From: Bacteriovoracaceae bacterium
GTDB lineage: Bacteria > Bdellovibrionota > Bacteriovoracia > Bacteriovoracales > Bacteriovoracaceae
DNA length: 64,000 bases
Reading direction: 5' to 3'
Assembly (NCBI GenBank): GCA_965243145.1
Contig: CBDEUB010000002.1
Coordinates: 878,354-942,353 of the forward strand
Shown here: positions 18,601 to 28,337 of the stretch, piece after piece
Layout of the letters: each line of letters starts with the position of its first letter
Numbering within the stretch: the stretch's first letter is position 1
The notes under the pieces: generated by a model
What the model was told of the DNA's origin: nothing
Databases searched by the model: none
The model's input: the letters and a program-made list of their open reading frames with translations, nothing else
Made by a program: the position numbers and the translations under genes

Positions 18601-19968
18601 TCACTCGCCGTCCTTCTGCAAAGCGAGGTTTTCAAAAGTGGTGTATTCCCCCACCCAGGCCAGTTTGGCCGTGCCGGTTTCGCCGCCGCGATTCTTGCCC
18701 ACAATAATTTCGGCGACATTGGGTTCCTTGGTTTCGGGGTTGTAGTATTCGTCCCGGTAGACAAACATCACTACATCGGCATCCTGTTCGATCGCTCCCG
18801 AATCCCGCAAATCGGAAGTGTTGGGGCGTTTGTTGGGCCGCGCTTCCACCGCGCGGTTGAGTTGGGAGAGGGCCAAAATGGGGCAGTCAAGCTCTTTGGC
18901 CAAGGTTTTCAGGCCGCGGGAGATCTCCGAAATTTGCTGCTCGCGGGAGATTTCTTTGCCACCCTGCCGGTAGTGGCCCATCAACTGAAGATAATCGACC
19001 ACCACCAACCCCAGGCCATATTCGGTTTGCAATTTGCGGCACTGGGATTGAATGTCCAACAGGGTGCTATCGCCTGAGTCGTTGATAAAAATGGGGTATT
19101 CGGACAACTTTTGAATGGCGTGGCCTATGTGGCGCAAATCATTGGGTAGAAAATTTTTGGTGCGGATGCGTTTGGAATCCACTTTGGCCTGCCCGGAGAG
19201 CATCCGCATACTGAGTTCCTGGGCGGTCATCTCCAGAGAAAATATGGCCACAGGTTGATTGTGAAGTTGGCAGGCGTGAGTGGCCATATTGAGGGCCAGG
19301 GAAGTTTTCCCCATCGCCGGCCTGGCCGCCAAAATCACCAACTGGCCGGCCTGCATTCCCAAAAGCAATTTGTCCAGGTCTTGATAGCCGGTGGAAACCC
19401 CTTGGATTTCCCCTGGGGCGCGACTGCTGTCCTCCAACTCCTTCATGTTTTCTTTGAGGCAAAAACTGAGTTTGACCATTCGGCCCGACTTGGCCTGGTT
19501 GACCAGCCCAAAAAAGGCCCCTTCGACTTCTTTGACAAAATCCTCGATGGGGCCTTGAAAATTCATGCCCATTTCGGTCACCCGCATGGAAGTGCGCAAA
19601 ATTTCCCGCATCGAAGAGTGGCCCTTGAGGGTTTCGGCGTAGGCCCGCACATTGGCCGCAGAAATGTGGTCTTCGTACAATTGGCCGAGGGCCGAGTCTC
19701 CCCCCACTTCCTCCAGTTTGCCGTACTGTTTAAGCCGCGATGAAACGGTAACATAGTCGATGGGTTGATTGGCGGTGGCCAAATCGGCAATGGCATCAAA
19801 AATCATGCCGTATTGAGGATGGAAAAAATCTTCACCCCTGATTTTGAGATCGGAAATTTCCCCCAGGCAGTCGCCGTCGAGCATTAGGCAACTCAACAGG
19901 GATTTTTCGGACAGCAGGTCGTGGGGAAATTGGCGGACTTTTTTGGAGGAGGAATCTTGTGTTGTCAC
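18601..19968 (-). CDS. dnaB: replicative DNA helicase
   Basis: Motifs FPHDLLSEKSLLSCLML, ILAARPAMGKTSLALN, VVDYLQLM and SQLNRAVE. Confidence 0.95.
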   Translation of the reverse strand: MTTQDSSSKKVRQFPHDLLSEKSLLSCLMLDGDCLGEISDLKIRGEDFFHPQYGMIFDAIADLATANQPIDYVTVSSRLKQYGKLEEVGGDSALGQLYEDHISAANVRAYAETLKGHSSMREILRTSMRVTEMGMNFQGPIEDFVKEVEGAFFGLVNQAKSGRMVKLSFCLKENMKELEDSSRAPGEIQGVSTGYQDLDKLLLGMQAGQLVILAARPAMGKTSLALNMATHACQLHNQPVAIFSLEMTAQELSMRMLSGQAKVDSKRIRTKNFLPNDLRHIGHAIQKLSEYPIFINDSGDSTLLDIQSQCRKLQTEYGLGLVVVDYLQLMGHYRQGGKEISREQQISEISRGLKTLAKELDCPILALSQLNRAVEARPNKRPNTSDLRDSGAIEQDADVVMFVYRDEYYNPETKEPNVAEIIVGKNRGGETGTAKLAWVGEYTTFENLALQKDGE

Positions 19969-19982
19969 CTCTGGCCCAGGCC

Positions 19983-20624
19983 TTAACTATCTTCTGGTAG
20001 TGAACCGTCGGCCAGCACTTCTTCCCCGCCTTCCGCTACGGCCGCGCTCTCTCCATCCGGTACTTCCCCTGCCTCAACATCCGGGGAAACTTCCGCCGCT
20101 GCGGCCTCTTTTTTCTTTTCCCGTTCTTTTTCCTCGCGGCGCAGTTTGGCCTGCTTTTTCAGTTCTTCGGCCTGTTGGGGGTCTCTTTCAATTTTGACGG
20201 TAAAAAGCGCTTCCACTTCCTTGGCAAACAACTTGACTTTGACCTGGTAAGTGCCCAGGGACTTGATCGGGCGATCGCAGGACAGTAAACGGCGCTCCAC
20301 TTCAATCTCCCTTTTGGCCAATTCTTTGGAGAGTTCGTTGGTGGTGACCGCCCCGAACAGTTTTCCCGAAACCCCCGCTTTGCGGGTGAGTTCAATGGCC
20401 AGGCCGTCCAACTGTTCTTTGACCGCTTCGGCGGCACTCTTCTCAGTGGCAACTTTGCGGGCCAACATTTTCTCGACATGCTTGAGTTGGGCCATATTGC
20501 CCCGATCGGCGATGATGGCCTTCCCCCCGGGAATGAGAAAATTGCGGGCGTGGCCCGGCCTGACATTGACGATTTCGCCCACATTGCCCAGGGTGGGGAC
20601 TTTTTCAGTAAGGATCACTTGCAT
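19983..20624 (-). CDS. rplI: 50S ribosomal protein L9 with ~65-aa charged C-terminal extension
   Basis: MQVILTEKVPTLGNVGEIVNVRPGHARNFLIPGGKA is canonical L9. The length is 213 aa against a usual ~150 aa. Confidence 0.9.
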   Translation of the reverse strand: MQVILTEKVPTLGNVGEIVNVRPGHARNFLIPGGKAIIADRGNMAQLKHVEKMLARKVATEKSAAEAVKEQLDGLAIELTRKAGVSGKLFGAVTTNELSKELAKREIEVERRLLSCDRPIKSLGTYQVKVKLFAKEVEALFTVKIERDPQQAEELKKQAKLRREEKEREKKKEAAAAEVSPDVEAGEVPDGESAAVAEGGEEVLADGSLPEDS

Positions 20625-20667
20625 GGAATGCTCTCCCTTTATTGTGGTTTTTCATTTGAACTTTAAT

Positions 20668-21771
20668 TTATCCTTGATTCGGTTTTTTCTTTAAAAATCC
20701 CCTGAGATTTAACCAGGCATCAAAAACCCCCAGGATGGCGAGCCAAACCTGGGCCAAAGCGACGGTGAGAACCAACAACAAACTTTTGAGGATGCCCACC
20801 AACTTAAAGTGGTTGAGAAAATCCAGAAAAACTCCAAACCCTTGAAAAAAATAAAACACTCCGGTGAGTCCCAACAGGACATGGCCGAGCAGGCGAATCC
20901 CGCCGTCTTCCAGGTGGAAACCCAACAAACTGGTGCCCAGGCCAAAGGCCAGGGGATAGAGCAGATAATCGGAAGTTCTAAAGCGAACCAGATCGAGGGA
21001 AGAATAGGAATAGGCCACCCGGTGGCCCCACAGAAAGAAATTCCTCATCACCAGGAAAAAACACAGCCAAAAGGCGACGAAGGGAACCACGGTAATGTAG
21101 ATCGGCCCCATATTGTAGAGGTAGTCCAAAAATATCTGGGGATCGAATTGCTCCCCCTGGGGCAATTGGGCCAAACTGGCCTCGACCACATTCTGGAGGT
21201 ATCCCTGAACACCCCCCTCCAACAAGAGTTCACACCCCAGAACGGTGGCCCACAAAAAGGCCATCAAGCTGGTGCCGGTGTAGATAATGCAGCGGATGGG
21301 GGGAATATCACAACGGATAAACAGGGAGATGGCGTAGGCGTACACAATGGACAGGGTGTAGGCAATGGCCACCACGCTCTGGGCGGGTACGGCGAACGCC
21401 CCCAGAGTGAGCAAAATCAGCAGGCCAGCGGCCCACTTCAAGGTTTTGATATTGCCGTAGATCAAGAAGGCCAAGCTCAGGGGAACCGGGGCCAAAAAGG
21501 AGAGCAGGCCAAAATACTGGCCAATGCCGAACACCCGATCAAACCCCAAATGGGTCAGGGCCAAAGACATTAAAATGAGCAAAAAGAAGCGCCCGCGATC
21601 CCGCCTGATCCACGCCCCGTCGTCACTTTTATACGCCTTTTGGAAGGCCTCCAGTTTGCGCAATACCTCTTCGCGCCGCAACTTTTCGCGCTTCAGGTGC
21701 TCTAATTCAGCTTCGGCGGAGGCCTTGGAAGGCGCTTTATCGGGGGTTTCGGGAGTCTCTTTTGTGGCCAT
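20668..21771 (-). CDS. polytopic membrane protein, DUF2232 (YybS-like) by context
   Basis: The start was chosen at MATKETPE (21771), just downstream of the rpsF-rpsR stop. There are multiple TM helices. Its position between rps genes and rplI-dnaB mirrors yybS in Firmicutes. Confidence 0.5.
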   Translation of the reverse strand: MATKETPETPDKAPSKASAEAELEHLKREKLRREEVLRKLEAFQKAYKSDDGAWIRRDRGRFFLLILMSLALTHLGFDRVFGIGQYFGLLSFLAPVPLSLAFLIYGNIKTLKWAAGLLILLTLGAFAVPAQSVVAIAYTLSIVYAYAISLFIRCDIPPIRCIIYTGTSLMAFLWATVLGCELLLEGGVQGYLQNVVEASLAQLPQGEQFDPQIFLDYLYNMGPIYITVVPFVAFWLCFFLVMRNFFLWGHRVAYSYSSLDLVRFRTSDYLLYPLAFGLGTSLLGFHLEDGGIRLLGHVLLGLTGVFYFFQGFGVFLDFLNHFKLVGILKSLLLVLTVALAQVWLAILGVFDAWLNLRGFLKKKPNQG

Positions 21772-21779
21772 AGGATAAA

Positions 21780-22403
21780 CTACCTCTTGTAGGCCACTCG
21801 GTTGCTCATGTGCCCGACAATGCCTATTTGGCGGGCGCGCTTGATGGCGGTGGTGGCGAAGCGCTGGTGTTTGGTGGAAACCCCTGTCACCCGCGCCGGA
21901 GAAATTTTGCCAAACTCGTTGATGAGCCAGGTAAAAGTGTCGGGGTCTTTCCAGTCGGCGCAAATATTGTTGGCGCGAAAATAACAGGTCTTGCGCCGGG
22001 CGAATTTGCGCGGGTTGGGGCCTTCCCCGTCCTCTCCGTCAATTTTGGTGACGCTTCCGTGGTATTGCTTGGAAAAGGGCGTTTTGTAGGCCTTCACCAG
22101 GGCCTCGCGCTGGGCCTTGTCCCCGCGGACAACCAACAGGTGGCGCAGGTGATCTTCGTTGATTTTGAAACGGCGGGCGAGTTCCCTGTTGCAGCGGTTG
22201 TTGGCGCAAAAGAGAAAGTACAAAAAGTGCCCGTTGGCCACTCCCCTGCGGGTGGGGTGGGCCAAAGTTAAACGCCCCCAATCGTCTTCGATAAAGATTT
22301 CACCCTCAAAAGATTTGACGGTGTCGGTGACGATTTGCTTGATCGCCGCCAAGCGGGCCTCGTCCAAGTCCGCTTTGGCCACCAGAGACAATTCATAAAT
22401 CAT
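21780..22403 (-). CDS. rpsF-rpsR: fused 30S ribosomal proteins S6 (N-terminal) and S18 (C-terminal)
   Basis: One uninterrupted 207-aa ORF. The S6-like part is MIYELSLVAKADLDE...EDDWGRLTLAHP...HFLYFLF...HLRHLLV. The S18-like part is RRKTCYF...DWKDPDTFTWLINEFGKISPARVTGVSTKHQRFATTAIKRARQIGIV. Confidence 0.8.
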   Translation of the reverse strand: MIYELSLVAKADLDEARLAAIKQIVTDTVKSFEGEIFIEDDWGRLTLAHPTRRGVANGHFLYFLFCANNRCNRELARRFKINEDHLRHLLVVRGDKAQREALVKAYKTPFSKQYHGSVTKIDGEDGEGPNPRKFARRKTCYFRANNICADWKDPDTFTWLINEFGKISPARVTGVSTKHQRFATTAIKRARQIGIVGHMSNRVAYKR

Positions 22404-22434
22404 AAGTCAACCCCTCGGTCTTTTGGCCCTCTGC

Positions 22435-23700
22435 TTACGCAGGGGCGAGATTGCACAAAGAGGACAAGCTAGCACTTTTGGCGTGGGATGCAAAGCCGGG
22501 CGGGGGGCAAATTCTCACCAAATTGAGGGGTTTGGCCCCGTTCCTGTAGGGGATTTTGGCCAAAGTGCCCAACTTGGCCACTTTAAGGGGCCGGTTTTGC
22601 AAATCGGTCATGCCTTCCAGGGGAAATCGCTGCATGTCGCCATAAAAAGGGAGCAACTCGACCCAATCTCCCTCGGCAAGGTTGGAGCGCACTTCGAGGG
22701 TGAGGTGTCTCCCCGGCAAGGCCTCCAAGGCCACTGCTCCCAGGCGGTATTCTTTATGCTTTGAGTCGTCAACCGCTATCGAGCTTTCCCCCGCCGGCGC
22801 GGCCAAACTTCCGCTGCAATAACCGCGGTGGGGGAGTTTTTCCAGTTCCGCCGCCAAAGACTCCCAGGGGCCAGGGGCAAGGATGCCATCGCGGTAGAGG
22901 TCGAGGGCCTGGCGGTACACTTTGGTGACAGTCCCCAAATAGTGCTGGGACTTCATCCGCCCCTCCACTTTTAAACTGCCGATCCCCGCCCGGATAAAAT
23001 CCCCCAGCAATTCCAGTCCGCGCAAATCCTTGGAAGACATAAAAGTCGTTCCCTCGGCCACTAGCTGGCCTGGGAATTGGGGCGACTTGAGGTTGTACTC
23101 AAAGCGGCAACTGTGGGCGCAACCCCCGCGGTTGGAATCCCGCCCCTGGGTATAATTGGAGATGACACAGTGGCCAGAATAGGCCGTGCACAAGCTCCCG
23201 TGGACAAACATCTCCAGCTCAATACCGCAACTCCGGCGCAGGTGGGCCGCCTCGGCCAGGGACACTTCCCGCCCCAGGATGATGCGCTCCACTCCCGCCC
23301 CCTTCCACCAGGAGGCCGCCAACGAGTTGAGGCAACTGGCCTGGGTGGAGAGGTGAATGGGCAACGAACTGTGGGCCTTGGCGGTCTCGATCACCCCCAA
23401 GTCGCTGGCGATGACGGCATCGGTGCCGATACTCTCCAAAAAGCGCAAAAAGTCGGGCAATTCCCCCAACTCGTCGTCGTGTAAAAAGCTGTTGAGGACG
23501 ACATACACTTTGGCGTGGTGGGCGTGGGCAAACGACACTCCTTGACGCAATTCATACTCAGAAAAATTGTCCGAGGCCGAGCGCAGGCCAAATTTTTGCC
23601 CCCCCAAATAGACCGCATCGGCCCCGTACAAAACCGCCACCTTCAACTTTTCCAGGGAGCCGGCGGGAATCAATAACTCGGGAATGGGTGCGCTCATCAA
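22435..23700 (-). CDS. peptidase U32 family protein
   Basis: Motifs ELLIPAGSLEKLKVAVLYGADAVYLGG, LEMFVHGSLCTAYSGHCVISNY and RDSNRGGCAHSCR. Confidence 0.85.
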   Translation of the reverse strand: MMSAPIPELLIPAGSLEKLKVAVLYGADAVYLGGQKFGLRSASDNFSEYELRQGVSFAHAHHAKVYVVLNSFLHDDELGELPDFLRFLESIGTDAVIASDLGVIETAKAHSSLPIHLSTQASCLNSLAASWWKGAGVERIILGREVSLAEAAHLRRSCGIELEMFVHGSLCTAYSGHCVISNYTQGRDSNRGGCAHSCRFEYNLKSPQFPGQLVAEGTTFMSSKDLRGLELLGDFIRAGIGSLKVEGRMKSQHYLGTVTKVYRQALDLYRDGILAPGPWESLAAELEKLPHRGYCSGSLAAPAGESSIAVDDSKHKEYRLGAVALEALPGRHLTLEVRSNLAEGDWVELLPFYGDMQRFPLEGMTDLQNRPLKVAKLGTLAKIPYRNGAKPLNLVRICPPPGFASHAKSASLSSLCNLAPA

Positions 23701-23721
23701 AATGCTCTATAATAAAGGGGA

Positions 23722-24867
23722 ATGAAAATATTAAGGCCCATCGCTTTGCTCTCGTTTTTGGCCCTATTGATGGGGGGATTGTATTGGCCCTTATCCCGCC
23801 TGTCCAACCCCGTGCAAACCGGCACCCCCCTGCCCTATGTTTTGCGCGCCAACTACGCCGGCGAGGCCCGCCGGGCGGAAAAGAGCAATATTTTGCTGGT
23901 AGGGGATCGCCTGGGGGCCAAACTGGCCCCGTTTCTGGACGCCCTGGTGCGGGAGACGCAAGGCCGGTTGGCCGAACCCCTCACCGTCTACAACTGGGCC
24001 AGGGAGGGGGAGGGCCTGCACCGCACACTCGCCAAAATCAAATCCCTACGGCGCATGCCCGAGGTGATCATCTACCACGGCGGCAGTCAAGAATTTTTTG
24101 AACAGCGCCTGATGCCACAATTCTACCCTGCGATTCTCTCCAACTACCAGGCCCATCAAAACCCGAAGAATCGCGAACTCATAAAATCTTGGGGCCAATT
24201 ATCAAAATTTATTTATACTCCCCACCCTCGCGTCCAATTGAAGCAGACCTATTCCCCACTGAGCAAGGCCCGCCCCCACCAACAAAACCAGCGCATGATG
24301 GAACTGACCTACCTCACCTTTAGCGCCGAATACCGCGAATTTGTCGAGGGCCTCAAACGGCGACGGGCCAAGGTGATCGTCATTCCCCCCGCCCACAACC
24401 TGGATGTCGCTCCCCGGGCCACATGCCAAAATTCCTCCACCGGGGAACAGAGGGAGCGCATTGAGGCCATAGTCGAACACATCCGCGGCGGGCGCGCCCC
24501 CGCCGCCATCCCCCAACTGCAAGACATTCTGTCCCGTTCCCATGGCAATGCCCTGGCCTATTACTGGCTCGGGCAGGCACTCAAACATACAGGCCACTTC
24601 AAAGATGCCAAATCGCTGCTCTACCGGGCGATGCTGTTCGACTGTTGGCCATTCCGGGGCAATATGATTTTTAACCGCATCCAAACCCAACTGGCCGAGC
24701 AAGGCCAATTCCAGGTGATCGATTTCAACCGCCTGGTCAACCGGAAATTCGGCCAGCGGGATTCTTCCCAAACGCTCTTTGCCGACGACATTTTTCCGCG
24801 GGACATTTTTTACCGCCAACTGGTTCAAGGCCTTATCAAGAAAGTGGAGAATATCCTCAAAATTTAA
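23722..24867 (+). CDS. hypothetical exported protein
   Basis: Signal/TM sequence MKILRPIALLSFLALLMGGL. The C-terminal segment is TPR-like (AYYWLGQALKHTGHFKDAKSLLYRA). No confident family. Confidence 0.5.
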   Translation: MKILRPIALLSFLALLMGGLYWPLSRLSNPVQTGTPLPYVLRANYAGEARRAEKSNILLVGDRLGAKLAPFLDALVRETQGRLAEPLTVYNWAREGEGLHRTLAKIKSLRRMPEVIIYHGGSQEFFEQRLMPQFYPAILSNYQAHQNPKNRELIKSWGQLSKFIYTPHPRVQLKQTYSPLSKARPHQQNQRMMELTYLTFSAEYREFVEGLKRRRAKVIVIPPAHNLDVAPRATCQNSSTGEQRERIEAIVEHIRGGRAPAAIPQLQDILSRSHGNALAYYWLGQALKHTGHFKDAKSLLYRAMLFDCWPFRGNMIFNRIQTQLAEQGQFQVIDFNRLVNRKFGQRDSSQTLFADDIFPRDIFYRQLVQGLIKKVENILKI

Positions 24868-24881
24868 CAGCGAGGTTTAAC

Positions 24882-25397
24882 ATGAACGAGATCGACACCA
24901 CCAAGACAGAAGTCAACACGGAAAAGAGCAGGGAAATAACCACCTTTCACCTCAAGGCCGGGGAATTGCTCTTTTCGACGGGAGAGGAGAACACCAGTCT
25001 CTTTTTCGTGCAATCGGGGAAACTGCTCACTTTCGTCAACGACAAAACCAGAATCACCCCACTGGCCTACATAGAAAAGGGGCAGTACCTGGGGGAAATG
25101 AGTTTTTTCGACGGGATGCCCTGTTCGGCCAATGTCATTTGTGTGGAGGATTGCATCCTCTTCAAAGTCTGCTTTGCCCACCTGGAACAAGAGTGCCCCC
25201 GCTGGCTCATCACCATCGCCAACAGCATCAGCTCCAAATTGAGAAAGGCGGGAGAACTGATCCGCCAAAAAGGCATCCGCCGAAAAAATGTCCAAGGAGT
25301 TGCTCCCTTGAGCATTGACGACCAAAGATTTTATTACCAGGCGCTGCTCACACACCAGGAACAATACCCACGGGGACGCCAACACGAAGAAGGTTAG
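24882..25397 (+). CDS. cyclic-nucleotide-binding domain protein
   Basis: FFVQSGKLL...YLGEMSFFDGMPCSANVICVEDCILFKV is a typical cNMP-binding beta-roll. Confidence 0.7.
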   Translation: MNEIDTTKTEVNTEKSREITTFHLKAGELLFSTGEENTSLFFVQSGKLLTFVNDKTRITPLAYIEKGQYLGEMSFFDGMPCSANVICVEDCILFKVCFAHLEQECPRWLITIANSISSKLRKAGELIRQKGIRRKNVQGVAPLSIDDQRFYYQALLTHQEQYPRGRQHEEG

Positions 25398-26533
25398 CCG
25401 TGTCCCCCGGCCATAAAAGGCCGTTGCCAGTCGAGTTCTTTGACGGTATTTTCCCCTTCCGCCAATCGGTTGAAATAATCCTGCGCACACTGCAAGACCT
25501 CCCCCGCACCAGCGCTTTCAAAGAGGGCCTGCCGAAACTGGGCGGCACCGGGAAACCCGGCCACCAACCAGGCCACCAGCTTTCTGAGGGCGACAAAAGT
25601 GTGGCGCTGTCCGCGGGCCAATGCAGCGGGGCCATCCCAGTTTTCCAAGAGCTGGGCATAGGCGCGAGTAACTTCCCAGTAGTCCAGGGGGCCAAAGGGC
25701 GAGGCCTCTCCCTCGGCCAAAAAACTCTCCAAAAAAATAAAGGGAGAGCGCAGGCACCCCCGCCCCAACATGAGGGCCTGGCAACTGGTGTCCCCTAGGC
25801 GTCGGCGCGCTTGGTGGGGCGAGTGCAAATCGCCGTTGCCCACGACGGGAAGGGGCGACTCCTGGGCCAAATCTTCGATCAAACGCCAGTCCGCCTGGCC
25901 ACGATAGGCCTGGGCGCGGGTGCGCCCGTGAATGGCGACAAATTCGATGCCCTCGGCACGGGCAATGCCGATCACCTGGTGGGCGTTGATGGAACAATCG
26001 TCCCAACCGGTGCGGATTTTAATGCTCAGGGGAACCCGCAAGGCCTTTTTTATGCGGGTAAAAAAGCGCCCCAACTGGGAGGTGTCTTTTAGCAATGCAG
26101 AGCCGGCCCCCTTGGTGACCACTTTCCTCACCGGACAACCCATGTTGATGTCAATAAAAGAGGGGCCAAATTCCTGGGCCACCTGCGCCGCTCGGGCCAT
26201 GGCGTCGGCACACTCTCCAAAAAGTTGGATGCCCACCCTTTCCTCCCGCGGATGGAGGCGCAACATGCGCCGGGTTCTCTCTGCCCCATAGTTGATCCCG
26301 TGGCAAGAGATCAATTCGCTGACGCCGCCGCCGCAACCCAACTCCTGCATGAGCAGGCGAAAAGGTGCCGCACAGATCGCCGACATGGGGGCCAAAATCA
26401 GGGGCGAGGCAAAGGGCAACGCCCCCAGGGTGACTGGCCGCCGCCGCTCTTTGATCCGGTCGATCTTGCCCTGCAACTGAGGCGAAAAAAGGCCCAGGGG
26501 GGTTGTTTTTTTCATGCTGTCCTTCTCGCTCAA
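25394..26533 (-). CDS. dus: tRNA-dihydrouridine synthase
   Basis: Motifs LILAPMSAICAAPFR, IDINMGCPVRKVVTKGAGSALL and VAIHGRTRAQAY. Confidence 0.88.
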   Translation of the reverse strand: MSEKDSMKKTTPLGLFSPQLQGKIDRIKERRRPVTLGALPFASPLILAPMSAICAAPFRLLMQELGCGGGVSELISCHGINYGAERTRRMLRLHPREERVGIQLFGECADAMARAAQVAQEFGPSFIDINMGCPVRKVVTKGAGSALLKDTSQLGRFFTRIKKALRVPLSIKIRTGWDDCSINAHQVIGIARAEGIEFVAIHGRTRAQAYRGQADWRLIEDLAQESPLPVVGNGDLHSPHQARRRLGDTSCQALMLGRGCLRSPFIFLESFLAEGEASPFGPLDYWEVTRAYAQLLENWDGPAALARGQRHTFVALRKLVAWLVAGFPGAAQFRQALFESAGAGEVLQCAQDYFNRLAEGENTVKELDWQRPFMAGGHG

Positions 26534-26593
26534 GGCCGCCAGGGCGTCAATACGGGCCTCTTTTTCTAGGAATCTGCGAAGTTTATATGCAAA

Positions 26594-26654
26594 TTTCTTT
26601 ACATATAGATTTTTATATGTAAAAATTTTCGTGTTTCTTTACATATAGATTTTT
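26594..26654. repeat. two 21-bp direct repeats (tttctttacatatagattttt), 40 bp apart, in the dus/ffh divergent intergenic region
   Basis: Exact copies at 26594-26614 and 26634-26654. The first overlaps the palindrome TACATATAgatttttTATATGTA. Confidence 0.8.
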
Positions 26655-26782
26655 TTACATAGGAAAGAAAAGCTGAATTTTTGACCTGATCACACCTCAA
26701 TAAAAACTAGACTCTTCTCCCCGCATCCCCTATTATGCGTCAATCGCCCACCCGCAAGGCCACGAACCGCAAGGGGTTTGCC

Positions 26783-28249
26783 ATGTTCGACTCACTGAGT
26801 GAAAAATTTGCCCACGCCTTTAGGGCATTGCAAGGCAATAACAAAATTTCACCCTCCAATATTGAGGCCACCCTCAAGGAAATCCGCGGGTCGCTCCTGG
26901 AGGCCGATGTCAATTTTCGGGTGGTGAAGGAGTTTACCGCCGCCGTCCGCGAAAGGGCCATGGGGGAGGAAGTTCTCCAGGGAGTCAGTCCCGGGGAACA
27001 ATTTATCAAAATTGTCCAGGACGAGTTGGCGCGGGTCATGGGGCAGGCCCACCAAGGTCTCGACCTCGACCGCCCCAAACCCCTTCCCATTTTGGTGGTG
27101 GGCCTCAACGGACAGGGCAAAACCACCTTTGCCGCCAAACTGGCCCTGCACCTCAAAGAGAAGCACAAGCAATCGGTTCTCCTCGTCCCCGCCGACACTT
27201 TCAGGCCGGCCGCCAAAGAACAATTGGCCACCCTGGCGGAAAAAGTGGGGGTCGATTTTTTCGACAGCAATCTGGCACACCACCCCCGCCACATTGCCGC
27301 CGTGGCCATGGGCCAGGCCAAGCGCGAACACCGGGACATAGTGATCATCGATACTGCTGGCCGCCTGCATGTGGATGACGGGTTGATGAAACAAATGGTG
27401 GAAATCAAGCGCGCGGTGGCCAGTTATGGCCCCGAAGTTCTGATGGTGGCGGACGCCATGACTGGCCAGGAGGCGGTCACCGTGGCCAAACACTTCCATG
27501 CAGCAGTGCAGTTGAACGGCGTGGCCCTGTCCAAAATGGACTCCGACGCCCGCGGTGGAGCGGCCCTCTCCATCCGCCATGTCACCGGCGTCCCCATCAA
27601 ATACCTCTCCACCGGCGAAAAAATGCAGGATTTGGAACTCTTCCACCCCGACCGCCTGGCCGGCCGCATTTTGGACAAGGGGGATGTGGTTTCCCTGGTG
27701 GAAAAGGCCCAAGCGGCCATCGACGAGCGCGAAGCAGACAACATGATGAAGCGCATAGAAAAGGGCCAATTCAGCGTGGAAGACCTGATGAAGCAAATGG
27801 ATATTATGAAGGGGCTGGGTAACCTGTCCTCGGTGCTCAAAATGTTGCCGGGGATGGGAGGGGCCTTGCGCAAATTGGGTGACTTAACCCCTGCCGACAA
27901 CGAAATCAAGCGCATCCGGGTGCTCATCGACTCCATGACTTACACAGAGCGAAAAAACTATAAAATCATCAAATCTTCCCGTATGGAACGCATTGCCAAA
28001 GGCTCTGGCCACGACTTGAAGACGGTGCGCAACTTTCTCGATAATTTTGGCCAAATGGAAAAAGTGATGGGAAGTATCAAACACATTATGCGTGGCGGAG
28101 GGCCAACCAGTTTGGCCAACCTGTACCGGGGAATCAAAAGTGGCAAGGGAGGGGGCAAGAAGAGCAAAGTTGGCCCCCAACTCGCCGGAGTTCCCAAACG
28201 CAAAAAAGGCAAGGGCCGCGGCCCCTGGGGCGGAGGGTTTTTCCGCTGA
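26783..28249 (+). CDS. ffh: signal recognition particle protein
   Basis: MFDSLSEKFAHAFRAL is the canonical start, so the 26735 ORF start is probably too early. Other motifs are GLNGQGKTTFAAKLA, DTAGR and the M-domain MLPGMG. Confidence 0.95.
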   Translation: MFDSLSEKFAHAFRALQGNNKISPSNIEATLKEIRGSLLEADVNFRVVKEFTAAVRERAMGEEVLQGVSPGEQFIKIVQDELARVMGQAHQGLDLDRPKPLPILVVGLNGQGKTTFAAKLALHLKEKHKQSVLLVPADTFRPAAKEQLATLAEKVGVDFFDSNLAHHPRHIAAVAMGQAKREHRDIVIIDTAGRLHVDDGLMKQMVEIKRAVASYGPEVLMVADAMTGQEAVTVAKHFHAAVQLNGVALSKMDSDARGGAALSIRHVTGVPIKYLSTGEKMQDLELFHPDRLAGRILDKGDVVSLVEKAQAAIDEREADNMMKRIEKGQFSVEDLMKQMDIMKGLGNLSSVLKMLPGMGGALRKLGDLTPADNEIKRIRVLIDSMTYTERKNYKIIKSSRMERIAKGSGHDLKTVRNFLDNFGQMEKVMGSIKHIMRGGGPTSLANLYRGIKSGKGGGKKSKVGPQLAGVPKRKKGKGRGPWGGGFFR

Positions 28250-28337
28250 ACTGCGAGAGGATGTGAAGTGTGAGCGACGACTTGACTTCTGGGGAAATGA
28301 AAACTATTCTGGGCAACATTCAAACGGGAGTTTTGAT

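Noticed and set aside
26735-26782. An upstream extension of ffh (MRQSPTRKATNRKGFA), and the analogous 64-aa extension of the DUF2232-like gene (21772-21963).
   Set aside because: The canonical Ffh N-terminus MFDSLSEKF begins at 26783. The membrane-protein extension would overlap the rpsF-rpsR gene and is Arg/His-rich junk.
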